From contig OY970166.1 of assembly GCA_963706595.1 (NCBI GenBank), forward strand, positions 64,001 through 128,000: a DNA stretch of 64,000 nucleotides, written 5' to 3'. Each line of letters begins with the position of its first letter. Positions within the stretch are counted from its first letter, which is position 1. The notes below the pieces were generated by a model that did not search any database, was not told the origin of the DNA, and saw only the letters and a list, made by a program, of their open reading frames with translations. This stretch comes from an uncultured cyanobacterium (GTDB lineage Bacteria; Cyanobacteriota; Cyanobacteriia; Cyanobacteriales; Nostocaceae). Shown piece after piece: positions 10,693 through 20,973 of this stretch. A program made the translations under genes and the position numbers.

Positions 10693-10801
10693 TACTTATA
10701 ATAATTAGAACAACGATTGCCACCAAAATATGATCTGGTCAAACAGATGAAATCAAGGAAAAAGCGGTATTTAAGTTTTGTTCAGAATTATACAAGCTGT
10801 A

Positions 10802-10993
10802 TTATGCCGTTTCCAGCCAGTCATAAATTTTTTCTAACTGTTCTAAAGTAATTAACCCATACTGCCACAGAATCATCGGTAGGGGACCTGGATCTTGTTC
10901 CCGATGTCGGAGGGCAACGGCAAGGGATGCCGCAGAAATTGACAAATCTTCCTGGAGAAAATGAATCAGTCGCGAATATGTTGATGGTGGCAT
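10802..10993 (-). CDS. DUF2949 family small protein
   Basis: FLQEDLSIS...ALR......PLPMILWQYGLITLEQLEKIYDWLE; AGGAGG RBS upstream of ATG 10993. Confidence 0.85.
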   Translation of the reverse strand: MPPSTYSRLIHFLQEDLSISAASLAVALRHREQDPGPLPMILWQYGLITLEQLEKIYDWLETA

Positions 10994-11513
10994 TTGTAAC
11001 TCACCTCCTTTAATTGAATGTATTGTCATATAACGATTTACCATTTCTCAGTAGCCCGCAGCTAATATTTCATTGGTAACTGATATTTACCGGATAAACA
11101 CTTGAAAAAATTTGGTTAAATTGATCAAACAGACCTATCTCACAGATAAAACTAGAAGATTTTCACGTTAGAGCATCACTTATCTGCTCAATTCTCCAGA
11201 TTAAAATTACTCAGGTCTAATTTTGTCTCATTTTTTTGACTATGATGGTTGATTTCATTACACATTTAGTAGCAAAGATTCCATAGCTAATACTCCCTTA
11301 TGAGCCTCCGTTGACACTTACGCCAAAAGGAATATTTTTGGCATCCAAAGCGTAGAGATGTGATTTTACCTTGAAACTGCAAATTTGACCATGATTGAAA
11401 ACATATAAATAGTAGTGCTTCAATCTGCTTTTTTATACCTACGGCATAGTTTTTTAACACAACTAGATCAATTCCAGATTCGCCGCAGCTTACAGCAGAA
11501 AGCCGGGGAAAAT

Positions 11514-12039
11514 TTATGGCTGTAGATTTCCCATATCTAAAAACTCAATTTTGATTCGATCTCCATCCCGTAAATTTAATTCAGCAGCTCGTCCAGAACG
11601 TAGTTCAATCACCGTATCAATGGGAACATTCGGTCCAATAGGTTGGGCAAGGTTCACTCGTGCAGGGAGGTGCAGAATCTTGAATATACTTAATTACCCC
11701 ATTTTGTAAAAACACCATATCCAGAGGAACGGGGACATTTTTCATCCAAAATCTGACTGGTTGTGCAGAAGGAAACTGGAATAACATCCCCTGATTATCT
11801 GGTAAAGCCGGACGATACATTAAGCCCTTGGCCTGTTGTTCCGGTGTTCGTGCCACTTCCAATTGAATTCTCGTACCATTAGATACAATTGCTTCCGCAG
11901 AAATTGGGAGCATTTGACCAGTGAATGCTGTGGTTTGGCTGTTGGGGGTGGGTGTGGTTGATTGTGCTGGTGTTTCCATAGAACAGCCCATTAGTAAAAC
12001 ACTCAGTAGCATCGGGACTAAACTTAGCCAACGCATCAT
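11514..12039 (-). CDS. DUF192 family lipoprotein, +1 frameshift near 11637
   Basis: Lipobox LMGC, LEVARTPEQQAKGLMYR, GMLF, FWMKN...PLDMVF. A shifted frame continues GPNVPIDTVIELRSGRAAELNLRDGDRIKI to the stop at 11514. Confidence 0.85.
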
Positions 12040-12403
12040 ACAATTTTTGATTTTGTAATTTAATTTTCGATTGTACAGAACTTATGCCAAAAAGCACACG
12101 GAATTTAGTTGTTTTTTCTGTGTAGGGGTGAATTGTTAAATGGTGATTCTACAGGGATGGATCAGATTAATCTATCTAGCTGGGATCTGTAAGCGGATAG
12201 CAGATGATCAGCTAATATACTGATCCAGGTGGGCAGAATGCTCAACGCCACAAAAGATTTGTTTCTCCGCAATATGTAAATTAAATTTGGGTCAGTTGAG
12301 TGGATACCAGTGTCTCAAGTGAGATTTCCTCAAAATTCACAGTCTTCAGAAAACGGTTATCCCTGTATTGGAGCTAAATATATGGAATTGTAGCTCTTCA
12401 GTT

Positions 12404-13039
12404 ATGAGGTTATTGATGAAACTTAGAAAATTATTGCCGGAACTTTTTAAAACAAGTATAGAGAATGTAGCACATAAAAATATTCTCTCGCAGTTGGAAA
12501 AAAAAGTTTTAGCAGAAATGAATCAGGTCAGGATCTATCCTGCGGCATACCTCCCTATGCTGGAACACTGGAAACGGCAATTTCAAGGCACACAGGTGAG
12601 GATATCCGATAATATTTATTTGCAAACTCAAGAAGGAGTCAAAGCAGTTGATGAGGCGATCGCATTTCTCAAGTCAACTGATCCTGTGGCAGGATTAAGT
12701 ATATCTGTGGGAATGTCTTTAGGTGCGAGAGATCACGTCAAAGACCAAGGTGCAAAAGGCATCATAGGTCATGATGGTAGTGATGGTAGTAACCCATTTA
12801 CCCGCATCAACCGCTATGGGACATGGCAAATTACCGCAGGAGAAAACATCAGCTATGGTTCCAGCACAGCCGAAGATATTATCATGCAGTTAATTATTGA
12901 TGATGGCGTACCGTCGCGCGGTCATCGCCACAATATTTTTAACCCCGCCTTTAAAGTCGCTGGTGTAGCCTTTGGAATTCACAGCACATACAGGCAGATG
13001 TGCGTCATTACCTACGCTGGCGGATATACCGAGAACTAA
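12404..13039 (+). CDS. CAP/SCP domain protein
   Basis: [42 protein letters not shown]. Start uncertain (12368/12404/12416). Confidence 0.85.
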   Translation: MRLLMKLRKLLPELFKTSIENVAHKNILSQLEKKVLAEMNQVRIYPAAYLPMLEHWKRQFQGTQVRISDNIYLQTQEGVKAVDEAIAFLKSTDPVAGLSISVGMSLGARDHVKDQGAKGIIGHDGSDGSNPFTRINRYGTWQITAGENISYGSSTAEDIIMQLIIDDGVPSRGHRHNIFNPAFKVAGVAFGIHSTYRQMCVITYAGGYTEN

Positions 13040-13078
13040 GGGACTTCCAATTAAAAAAATATTCCATTGCTGAGGTAG

Positions 13079-13186
13079 GCAGGGGAGAAGAGGCAGGGGG
13101 GCAGGGCGCAGGGTGCAGGGGAGAAGAGGCAGGGGGGCAGGGCGCAGGGTGCAGGGGAGAAGAGGCAGGGGGGCAGGGCGCAGGGT
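13079..13186. repeat. 3 perfect tandem copies of a 36-bp G-rich unit
   Basis: GCAGGGGAGAAGAGGCAGGGGGGCAGGGCGCAGGGT at 13079, 13115, 13151. A related degenerate inverse copy lies at ~56478-56575. Confidence 0.9.
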
Positions 13187-13205
13187 GCAGAGGGGAAATT
13201 AAGAC

Positions 13206-13372
13206 TTCCCAATTCCCAATTCCCAATTCCCAATTCCCAATTCCCAATTCCCAATTCCCAATTCCCAATTCCCAATTCCCAATTCCCAACTCCCAATTCC
13301 CATTCCCCAACTCCCCACTCCCCATTCCCCACTCCCCACTCCCCACTCCCTACTCCCTACTCCCCACTCCCC
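13206..13372. repeat. STRR heptamer array (TTCCCAA grading into CTCCCCA/CTCCCTA)
   Basis: More than 20 tandem heptamers, typical of heterocystous cyanobacteria. Confidence 0.9.
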
Positions 13373-13378
13373 AGCTAT

Positions 13379-14234
13379 ATGTCTGATATTTCCCCAACAG
13401 ACTGCAAACCTCAACGTCTACATCCAAGGTGAAGGATTCCCCATTCTCGGCTTACATGGTCATCCTGGTTCTGGTCGGAATCTTTCGGTTTTTACCAATC
13501 ACTTATCCCAGCGTTACCAAACCTTTGCCCCAGATTTACGTGGATACGGCAAAAGTCGCTGCAACGGCAATTTTGAGATGTTAGACCATTTGACCGACTT
13601 AGAAGCGCTTCTAGACCGCTATCAAATCGAAAAATGTCTCATATTGGGATGGTCACTGGGTGGGATTTTGGCGATGGAAATGGCCTTGCGACTACCAGAA
13701 CGGGTAACTGGTTTAATTTTGGTGGCGACAGCAGCTAGACCCCGTGGTAATCATCCCCCCATTAGTTGGCAGGATAATCTCTATACTGGGATTGCGGGGA
13801 TTGTGAATTATCTGCAACCGAGTTGGCAATGGAATATTGATACTTTTGGCAAGCGATCGCTCTTTCGTTATTTAATTCAACAACATACCCCCACGGCATA
13901 CAATTATCTTGCCCAGGAAGCAGCACAGGCTTATTTACAGACATCCTCTCCCGCAACTCGCGCCCTGTATACTGCCCTAAGATCCGGTTACAATCGGCTC
14001 ACAGATTTACAGCAAATTCACTGCCCTAGCTTAGTCCTAGCTGGAGAACAAGACCGTCATATCACAGCCGAATCAAGTTTAGAAACAGCGCGACACCTAA
14101 AAAATAACCAATACCATTCTTATCCCAATACCGCACATTTATTTCCGTGGGAGATTCCCCAACAGGTATTGGGTGACATTGATATTTGGCTAGAAGCACA
14201 TCCCCAGGTTACAAAATCTCTTCAAAGTTCGTAG
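13379..14234 (+). CDS. Alpha/beta hydrolase, +1 frameshift near 13393
   Basis: The frame upstream of the listed ORF reads [21 protein letters not shown]...[10 protein letters not shown]. Nucleophile GWSLGG, catalytic D/H near the C-terminus. ATG 13379 is one base out of frame. Confidence 0.85.
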
Positions 14235-14311
14235 TTGGGCTTTAGCCCTTCTTTGTGCGTGTCACTTCAGCTACAAGAGATGAGAGGACTAAAGTCCTCA
14301 CTACAAACTTT

Positions 14312-17300
14312 TCATTCCGATTCCGCTAACAATTCTAAAATCAATTGCAGAGGAATATCCACATAATCGGGACGATGATTAAGTTCATGTTCAAGCGCCT
14401 CAATAGCCTTTTCCAACAGATAGGCAAAAAGCAGTAATTGTAATTCCCCCTGCGTCCTGGGTAAAAACTCATTTTTCCCAGCAGTTTCTAAATAAGAATT
14501 GCAAAAAGCAGCACTCACCCAGGTATACCAAAACTGCGCCCATTCTTCCATCAGAGGCAGACTTTCCAGACGAATCATGCCAGTTTCTAGTTCATAGCGC
14601 AAAGCTTGAGTCACCGCATAATTAAAGGATACCAGGATTCGGGCAACATCTCTTAAAGGCGATCGCTTGCGGCGGCGTTCACTCAAACTGCGAGCTGCTT
14701 TACCTTCAAAATGAGTAATAATAAAGTCTTTGCCAGTGTACAACACTTGCCCCAAATGATAATCACCATGATAACGAGTTCGTTTGGCGATAATTTTTTG
14801 ATTTACAACTAACTGGAAACGTGCCAAAATCTCTTGTTGCTGATTGAGAACATCTGCTGCTAATTCCTGGATATGAGATGGTAAATATTCTGCCCGTTCT
14901 CTTAGCAATCGGAAAACTCGCCCGGTCAGGTTGCGCGCATCTTGATAGATAGAACGTTGATAAAATGATGAAAAAGGTTCTGGGGCAAAATCGGGATTAT
15001 CTGTATTTGTAGCCAACGCAATATGCAGTTCAGCTGTAGATTTACCCAACATTTCCGCATTGGGGAGGTAGGAATTAATGGTTTGGTTAGCCAAGTCGGG
15101 AATATCAGTTCTCTGTAAATCCAGTAGAGAACCTGATGGAATAGGAACTTCGGTAATAGTTGCCTGTTCTGTAGTTACAAGATCAAAATAATGACGCAGG
15201 CTATCCAAAGTGTAATCCCAGCCACTGCGAGTATTTAGAATCAACTCTTGTAATATGCCTACAGTCATCGGTAGGGCGGAACTATCGCCAAATCTATCGG
15301 GGCGACGGTACTCTAAAGCCCCAGCCACAGGTAGAAAATGTTGCAAGCGTTTTTTCTCGCCCAAGAAACGCCGAATTTCTAAATCCGGGTGCATACCTGC
15401 TTCAAATTTACGGAAGAGTTTCAAACACAGATCGCCGGATACTATATAAGTATTGGTTTGTTCTTCTTCTTCAACAATAGTTGGATGATTATCGGTGTCC
15501 TCTGAGTATAACTGTGAGCATAAATCAGTGGTTGTGGCAAATAATTCTCCTGTTATTCCTTTATATATACGATGATCTGCTATAGCCTCTAATAATGCAG
15601 TCAGAAAATTTTGATCTACTAAAGCATCAAATAAAATTCCCGTTTCTGGAGTTTCCCTTTGTACTTGCAGACGTGAAATTACAGCTTGGGGCATTTCTGA
15701 CAACAGGTGCATTGCTTGATTATCTGCTGCATAACCCAGAAATAAGAGATACGTTTCGCGGTTTCTGTCGATGTAATCTACCTGCAACCACACCATCTGG
15801 GCTAATTGCTGATTGTAGGGTATGGCGATCGCTTCGACAATTTCTACTGATTGCACAGTTTGGTTTTTACCACCAAACCATTTACAGGTATATAGATAAT
15901 CTCGCAGTGTTGATTCCAGAACACCTTTTAAATCTCGTTGTGAAATCACATTTTGCCACTGTTCATTCACAACTAGTGTGGGTAACTCAGCTTGGGGTTT
16001 CGGCGGTTGAGTCAAACTAGGTTTACGTTTGAGGATAAACCAGTAAAATCCGTAGGGACTCAGACTAAGAAAATAAGGCGATTCTCCAATGGGTGGAAAC
16101 TCCGTGTAACCAAAAATTTCCACTGGGACTAATCCATTGAAGTCTGATAAATCTAATTCTGCTGTCTGCACATAATGAGATAAATTAGCGACTACCACGA
16201 TATGTTCTTCAGCATAGGTGCGGCTGAAAGCAAAAACTTTGCGGTTATTGGGGTGTAATAATTCAAAGTTGCCTTTACCCAAAGCCTGAAATCGGTTACG
16301 AGTCGCAATCAACCGTTTCATCCAATACCAGAGAGAATTAAAGTTAGCCCGTTGTGCTTCCACATTGACTGCTTCATAGTGATATTCTGAGTCAATAATC
16401 ACGGGTAAATGTAAGCGTTGGGGATTAGTGCGACTAAAACCAGCGTTACGGTCAGAACTCCACTGCATGGGAGTCCTTACACCATTGCGATCGCCTAAAT
16501 AAACATTATCACCCATGCCAATTTCATCACCATAATAAATTACCGGTGTTCCTGGCAGGGACAATAACAAACTATTGAGTAATTCGATTTGACGGCGGTC
16601 ATTGCCTAATAATGGTGCTAATCGGCGACGAATACCTAAATTTAACCTCATTACCGGGTCTTGGGCATAAACCCGATACATAAAATCTCGGTCTTCATCT
16701 GTAACCATTTCTAAGGTCAATTCATCATGATTACGCAAAAACAAAGCCCATTGACAGTTATCAGGAATATGGGGAGTTTGTTGGAGAATATCCACAATGG
16801 GAAAATTGTCTTCCATCTGGAGGGCGATAAATAAGCGCGGCATCAGAGGAAAATGAAAGTTCATGTGACATTCATTACCATCCCCATAATATTGGGCGGC
16901 ATCCTCTGGCCATTGATTAGCTTCAGCTAAGAGCATTTTTTGCGGATGTTTCGCGTCAATGTGCGATCGCATCTCTTTCAAAAAAGCATGAGTTTCCGGT
17001 AGATTTTCGCAGTTCGTTCCTTCCCTTTCATACAAATAAGGCACTGCATCCATGCGTAATCCATCTACGCCCATTTCTAACCAAAAATCTAAGACATCAA
17101 ATACTGCTTCCCTAACCAGAGGATGATCATAATTTAAATCTGGCTGATGAGAGTAGAAACGATGCCAGTAATAAGCTTTGGCTACTGCATCCCAAGCCCA
17201 ATTAGAAGTTTCAAAATCTTGAAAAATAATTCGCGCTTCTGCGTATTTTTCCGGCGTATCACTCCACACATAAAAATCACGTTCTTGACTGCCTTTGGGG

Positions 17301-17671
17301 GCGCGACGTGCGCGTTGAAACCAAGGATGTTGATCAGATGTATGGTTAATAATTAACTCAATAATTACCCTAATACCACGCTGATGAGCAGCAGTCAATA
17401 ACTTTTTAAAGTCTTCTAATGTGCCATAAATGGGGTTAATACTGGTATAATCAGCAATATCATAACCATCATCTTTCAATGGTGACGGAAAAAATGGTAG
17501 TAACCAAATAGCAGTAATACCTAAATCTTGCAAGTAATCTAGTTTTTCTGTCAGTCCCCGCAAGTCACCAATTCCATCACCATTACTGTCAGCATAAGCG
17601 CGAATAGGTACTTCGTAAATAATCGCGTTTTTAAACCATAATGGATCATCTTTCAAGATTAAATTTGACAT
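14312..17671 (-). CDS. treS: Trehalose synthase fused to maltokinase-like domain (TreS-Mak)
   Basis: GH13 motifs NHTSDQHPWF, RMDAVPYL, EANQWPE, FLRNHDELTLE; C-terminal RYHGDYHLGQVL and SPLRDVA. Confidence 0.95.
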   Translation of the reverse strand: MSNLILKDDPLWFKNAIIYEVPIRAYADSNGDGIGDLRGLTEKLDYLQDLGITAIWLLPFFPSPLKDDGYDIADYTSINPIYGTLEDFKKLLTAAHQRGIRVIIELIINHTSDQHPWFQRARRAPKGSQERDFYVWSDTPEKYAEARIIFQDFETSNWAWDAVAKAYYWHRFYSHQPDLNYDHPLVREAVFDVLDFWLEMGVDGLRMDAVPYLYEREGTNCENLPETHAFLKEMRSHIDAKHPQKMLLAEANQWPEDAAQYYGDGNECHMNFHFPLMPRLFIALQMEDNFPIVDILQQTPHIPDNCQWALFLRNHDELTLEMVTDEDRDFMYRVYAQDPVMRLNLGIRRRLAPLLGNDRRQIELLNSLLLSLPGTPVIYYGDEIGMGDNVYLGDRNGVRTPMQWSSDRNAGFSRTNPQRLHLPVIIDSEYHYEAVNVEAQRANFNSLWYWMKRLIATRNRFQALGKGNFELLHPNNRKVFAFSRTYAEEHIVVVANLSHYVQTAELDLSDFNGLVPVEIFGYTEFPPIGESPYFLSLSPYGFYWFILKRKPSLTQPPKPQAELPTLVVNEQWQNVISQRDLKGVLESTLRDYLYTCKWFGGKNQTVQSVEIVEAIAIPYNQQLAQMVWLQVDYIDRNRETYLLFLGYAADNQAMHLLSEMPQAVISRLQVQRETPETGILFDALVDQNFLTALLEAIADHRIYKGITGELFATTTDLCSQLYSEDTDNHPTIVEEEEQTNTYIVSGDLCLKLFRKFEAGMHPDLEIRRFLGEKKRLQHFLPVAGALEYRRPDRFGDSSALPMTVGILQELILNTRSGWDYTLDSLRHYFDLVTTEQATITEVPIPSGSLLDLQRTDIPDLANQTINSYLPNAEMLGKSTAELHIALATNTDNPDFAPEPFSSFYQRSIYQDARNLTGRVFRLLRERAEYLPSHIQELAADVLNQQQEILARFQLVVNQKIIAKRTRYHGDYHLGQVLYTGKDFIITHFEGKAARSLSERRRKRSPLRDVARILVSFNYAVTQALRYELETGMIRLESLPLMEEWAQFWYTWVSAAFCNSYLETAGKNEFLPRTQGELQLLLFAYLLEKAIEALEHELNHRPDYVDIPLQLILELLAESE

Positions 17672-17881
17672 TTGATCTAGTTCGATAAATCTAAAAATAG
17701 GTTTTCAGGTGGAATCATTAACCCAAATTCCGGAATAATTTCTGATAATTGCGAGTTAAAACTGTGATTAGAGACTTGATGTACTCACAAAATAGCCAAA
17801 ATGATCACTTTATCCATCTAGCAGAAGTAAGAACAATCAATCAATCAATAAATTAAATTATGTTAATTTTCGTAAAAATAC

Positions 17882-17972
17882 AGGACTTACGCAAAAACTC
17901 TCTCAAACCTTTATTCCTCTGTGTTCTCTGCGTCTCTGTGGTTCGTTATTCCGTAATTTGCGCGTAAGTCCT
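17882..17972. mobile_element. MITE-like element
   Basis: Terminal IRs AGGACTTACGC / GCGTAAGTCCT with internal CTCTG(T/C)G repeats. Adjacent SDR palindrome TAGAGACGTTCTATAGAACGTCTCTA at ~18007-18032. Confidence 0.7.
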
Positions 17973-18171
17973 AAAATATTCTCATCAACATCTCCGAAAA
18001 AGAATATAGAGACGTTCTATAGAACGTCTCTACAAGGGTTCACCGCAGACGCATATTTAAATTCGGTCGATGTCTAATGGAGTTTGTAGTAACGGTTGAA
18101 GCATCGCTTCCAAATCTGGTTATATAGCTAACTACGTACTAAATAACAACTCAATTACTTCTATGCTTTGT

Positions 18172-19212
18172 TTATAAATCTTTCAGCAATTCAATCACAT
18201 GAGATTCAAATCCGGCGGTACGTTTGTGAATTGTTTCAATCACCGGAATTGATAATGTACTAGGAAAATTAATCACGAAATTGCCTATCTGTATACCTAG
18301 AGGGCGTAAATGTCCACCGGGTAATTCTTGCCAAAATTCTTGCGGTGGTTTTCTCAAAGTATTGATAAACCAATCACAAGTATCACGAGCAATATTATCT
18401 GATTTAAAGCGCAGTATAGCCAGTAAATTAAATAAATTACTATCCTTAATTAAGGCATAGGTTTCTGCCGGTGTTGGTTTGACATCAAAACCAATTTTAG
18501 TAATGAAGTCAGCTAAAAATTTAGGTTTAATCGCACTATCAAGACCTGTATTCACAGGAGCTAATAATACAGATGCTTGTCCTTTAATAAAGATACTGGC
18601 AATTGTGACTTTTGGATCATTTGAGGCTATTTTTTGAGAATTTGTATCTGGCTTTAGGTAAAATTTCACCAGTTCAATAGTTTTGTCCCGTTGGTGCTGA
18701 ATGTCATTAATTAATATCTCTAAATCTGTAACTATGCTTTTGATTTTACGCTCATTTTTTTGACTATTTGATGTATCTGATGTTTCTAACACTAACTGAC
18801 GAATAAATCTTTCTAGTGCTTCTGACTCAGTAGGTAAAGCAGTAAATCCTTCTAACAGAGAAATATACTTACAGCCAATGCTATGTCCCAGCCATGAAAA
18901 GTTAGTATCATTTAGATAAACGTGACAATCATAACCTAACAATTTAGACCTTCTCACAAGTTCGGGGATGATTTCATATTGTTCTCTAATGAGAAAGCCA
19001 GCTTCTTCATAGTGGTTAAAAGTGAAGTTAAAGGGAAGAATAATGATTGTATATTGCTGCTCGAATAAAGTTTTCAATAAATGTTGATAAAACAGCATGG
19101 GGACAAATGTCCCAAAGAAAGCCCCACCAATAAATTGAATGACTCCTTTCGGTTGGGGATGTAGAGCAACCCAACTGTGAGAAACTGGTTGAAATTTCAT
19201 TTTTGATTTCAT
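18172..19212 (-). CDS. DUF1350 family alpha/beta-hydrolase-like protein
   Basis: HPQPKGVIQFIGGAFFG, WLGHSIGCK, F..D.IA, LPGGHLRP. Confidence 0.85.
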   Translation of the reverse strand: MKSKMKFQPVSHSWVALHPQPKGVIQFIGGAFFGTFVPMLFYQHLLKTLFEQQYTIIILPFNFTFNHYEEAGFLIREQYEIIPELVRRSKLLGYDCHVYLNDTNFSWLGHSIGCKYISLLEGFTALPTESEALERFIRQLVLETSDTSNSQKNERKIKSIVTDLEILINDIQHQRDKTIELVKFYLKPDTNSQKIASNDPKVTIASIFIKGQASVLLAPVNTGLDSAIKPKFLADFITKIGFDVKPTPAETYALIKDSNLFNLLAILRFKSDNIARDTCDWFINTLRKPPQEFWQELPGGHLRPLGIQIGNFVINFPSTLSIPVIETIHKRTAGFESHVIELLKDL

Positions 19213-19373
19213 GGTATTTCTAATTTGGTAATCAGATAACTAAATATTTTGGTTATTCTGGCTGATAATTGAACTGGCGGTTTTCGGTTGAGTGAGGTAG
19301 AAGAACCTTCTCCCCGCCAGCGAGGCTAAGATGTACATACCAGTAAGAAAGTCTCACCCACATTGCTTTGAAG

Positions 19374-19477
19374 CTAGTACAAGTCGGCGTAAATAAACAG
19401 ACCATTCAAAATCCGTGAAAAGCCCATTTTATAAGCTTTTTGACTTTTGACTTTTGACTTCCGCCCTGCGGTACTAG
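19374..19477. mobile_element. CTAG-bounded MITE-like element with TTTTGAC heptamers
   Basis: Ends CTAGTAC.../...GTACTAG. The reverse complement of the right end matches the element at 29884. Confidence 0.7.
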
Positions 19478-19542
19478 GATGGTGCGTTGCGCTAGGCGAC
19501 AACACACCCTACAAAACTTTCTCTGCCTTTTCGGTCAGAGGC

Positions 19543-20223
19543 TTACTCTAGTTTGTCGAGGCGCTCAAACATTAAGTCCAGTAATTCTTGTTGATCATTT
19601 GTTGAAGTAGAGTTATCGCCTAATTGAGCGGCTACTAAATCTTTCGGAACAAATAGAGATTTTAAACTCAGGAAACTACCACCACTAGCTGTGGGTAGAC
19701 TGTAAGCGATTTGATCAAAGTCAGGAAGTATCTGACTAAGATCGTTGGGTAGGAAGGTTCCCCGTTGCTCAGGAGTAACTAGCAGCTCATAAGTTGGTCC
19801 TCTCAAAGCCAATCTAGAGATGTTGACATACCCACGAATTTCTAAATCTTTTACTCCTTTTAAAAAGTCTAAATTATTCAGATCAGGTAGTAAGGTAACT
19901 AATGCTGTATCGTGAGCCGGAATCCTCAGATCGAAAGTAAATCGTTTAGGATCTGCTGTTGGTTTCAAATCAACAAAGTTATTCACACCAAAAATATCGG
20001 CTGCTATCACAGTGTCATCTAGATTTAAATTTGGTGTTGTTGCTATAAATTCTAGTCTTAATCTGGCAACAGCATTAGTAGTATTAGCAATGGTTAAAAA
20101 GTAACCTTGAACAACTCTACGAGCAACTTTTTCGATTTGGTCTGCAATCGCTGGGGGTAAGACAACTGTAGGAGCAGGAGCAATTGGCTTCACAAGTAAT
20201 TCAAATGTTGAAACTAGTGGCAT
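19543..20223 (-). CDS. Hypothetical protein
   Basis: 226-aa ORF with GGAG RBS and globular beta-rich composition; no family recognised. Confidence 0.75.
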   Translation of the reverse strand: MPLVSTFELLVKPIAPAPTVVLPPAIADQIEKVARRVVQGYFLTIANTTNAVARLRLEFIATTPNLNLDDTVIAADIFGVNNFVDLKPTADPKRFTFDLRIPAHDTALVTLLPDLNNLDFLKGVKDLEIRGYVNISRLALRGPTYELLVTPEQRGTFLPNDLSQILPDFDQIAYSLPTASGGSFLSLKSLFVPKDLVAAQLGDNSTSTNDQQELLDLMFERLDKLE

Positions 20224-20452
20224 GATTTTTTCTCCAGAAAATGTAGTTTATGTCTCAAAGTTTGTAATAATTACCATTGCTTAAAGAATGGCAATTATTA
20301 CGAAATTGATGTAATTTGGTAGCTGAAAAATTCTTTTTTAGCTACTAGTTATTCCACAAATTTATATTTTTTATTTACGCAAGATTTGTAATTTTCGTAA
20401 TATTTCTTTACAAAGACTGGCTGTGGGCGATCGCATTATCCTCAAATGCCCT

Positions 20453-20573
20453 ATTAGTGGCAGCAAGGAGAGCGTTGGCGTAGCCCGTCGTAGACATCGC
20501 TCTTTTCAATCTCTATACTTGTGCTTAAATAATCTCGCACCCAGTCACAGCCGGATTTTACCCAACTGTCGGA
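20453..20573 (-). pseudogene. 3' remnant of a WD40-repeat-type gene, carrying a 21-nt HIP1 insert
   Basis: Minus frame reads ..KSGCDWVRDYLSTSIEIEKSD[VYDGLRQ]RSPCCH*, resembling the GCDWVRDYL...SDR.LC tail of cyanobacterial WD40 proteins. Confidence 0.5.
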
Positions 20574-20973
20574 AGCGATAGATATAAAATGGTGAATTTG
20601 GCGCAAGTTGTCCCTTCAGAGGAATTTGGCGCATGAATGCTGCTGTTGCTGTATTTTTCGTCCTCTAAAATAAGTTTCTATTTTGGATAGTTAAGTTGCG
20701 GGCTTAAACTTCTATCAATTTTGGCAAGTTATAATTTTTAGTGTAAAAATTAAATCAGTCCCCAATCAGTGCGTAGGCAATAATCAATTCCAGAAATTCA
20801 AATATGTTAAGCAATGTAGAAGTATAAAATCCTCACTAAAAGCTCTAGTGCTTTTGCTCAGGGTGCAAGATGAAGCAGCTTTAATGATTGACAAACATTA
20901 ATACTGATCCCTGCTGTCGTTTGTCAAGTTTGCCTAAAATTTACTGCCAATTATCAAGCTGAATATTTTAAAT

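Noticed and set aside
13079..13186. 36-bp repeats of CRISPR-like length
   Set aside because: Directly abutting with no spacers; built from G-rich heptamer-like subunits.
13000..13414. Four overlapping low-complexity ORFs (GNWELGI/SQFPIPN)
   Set aside because: Open frames created by STRR heptamers and the 36-bp repeat.
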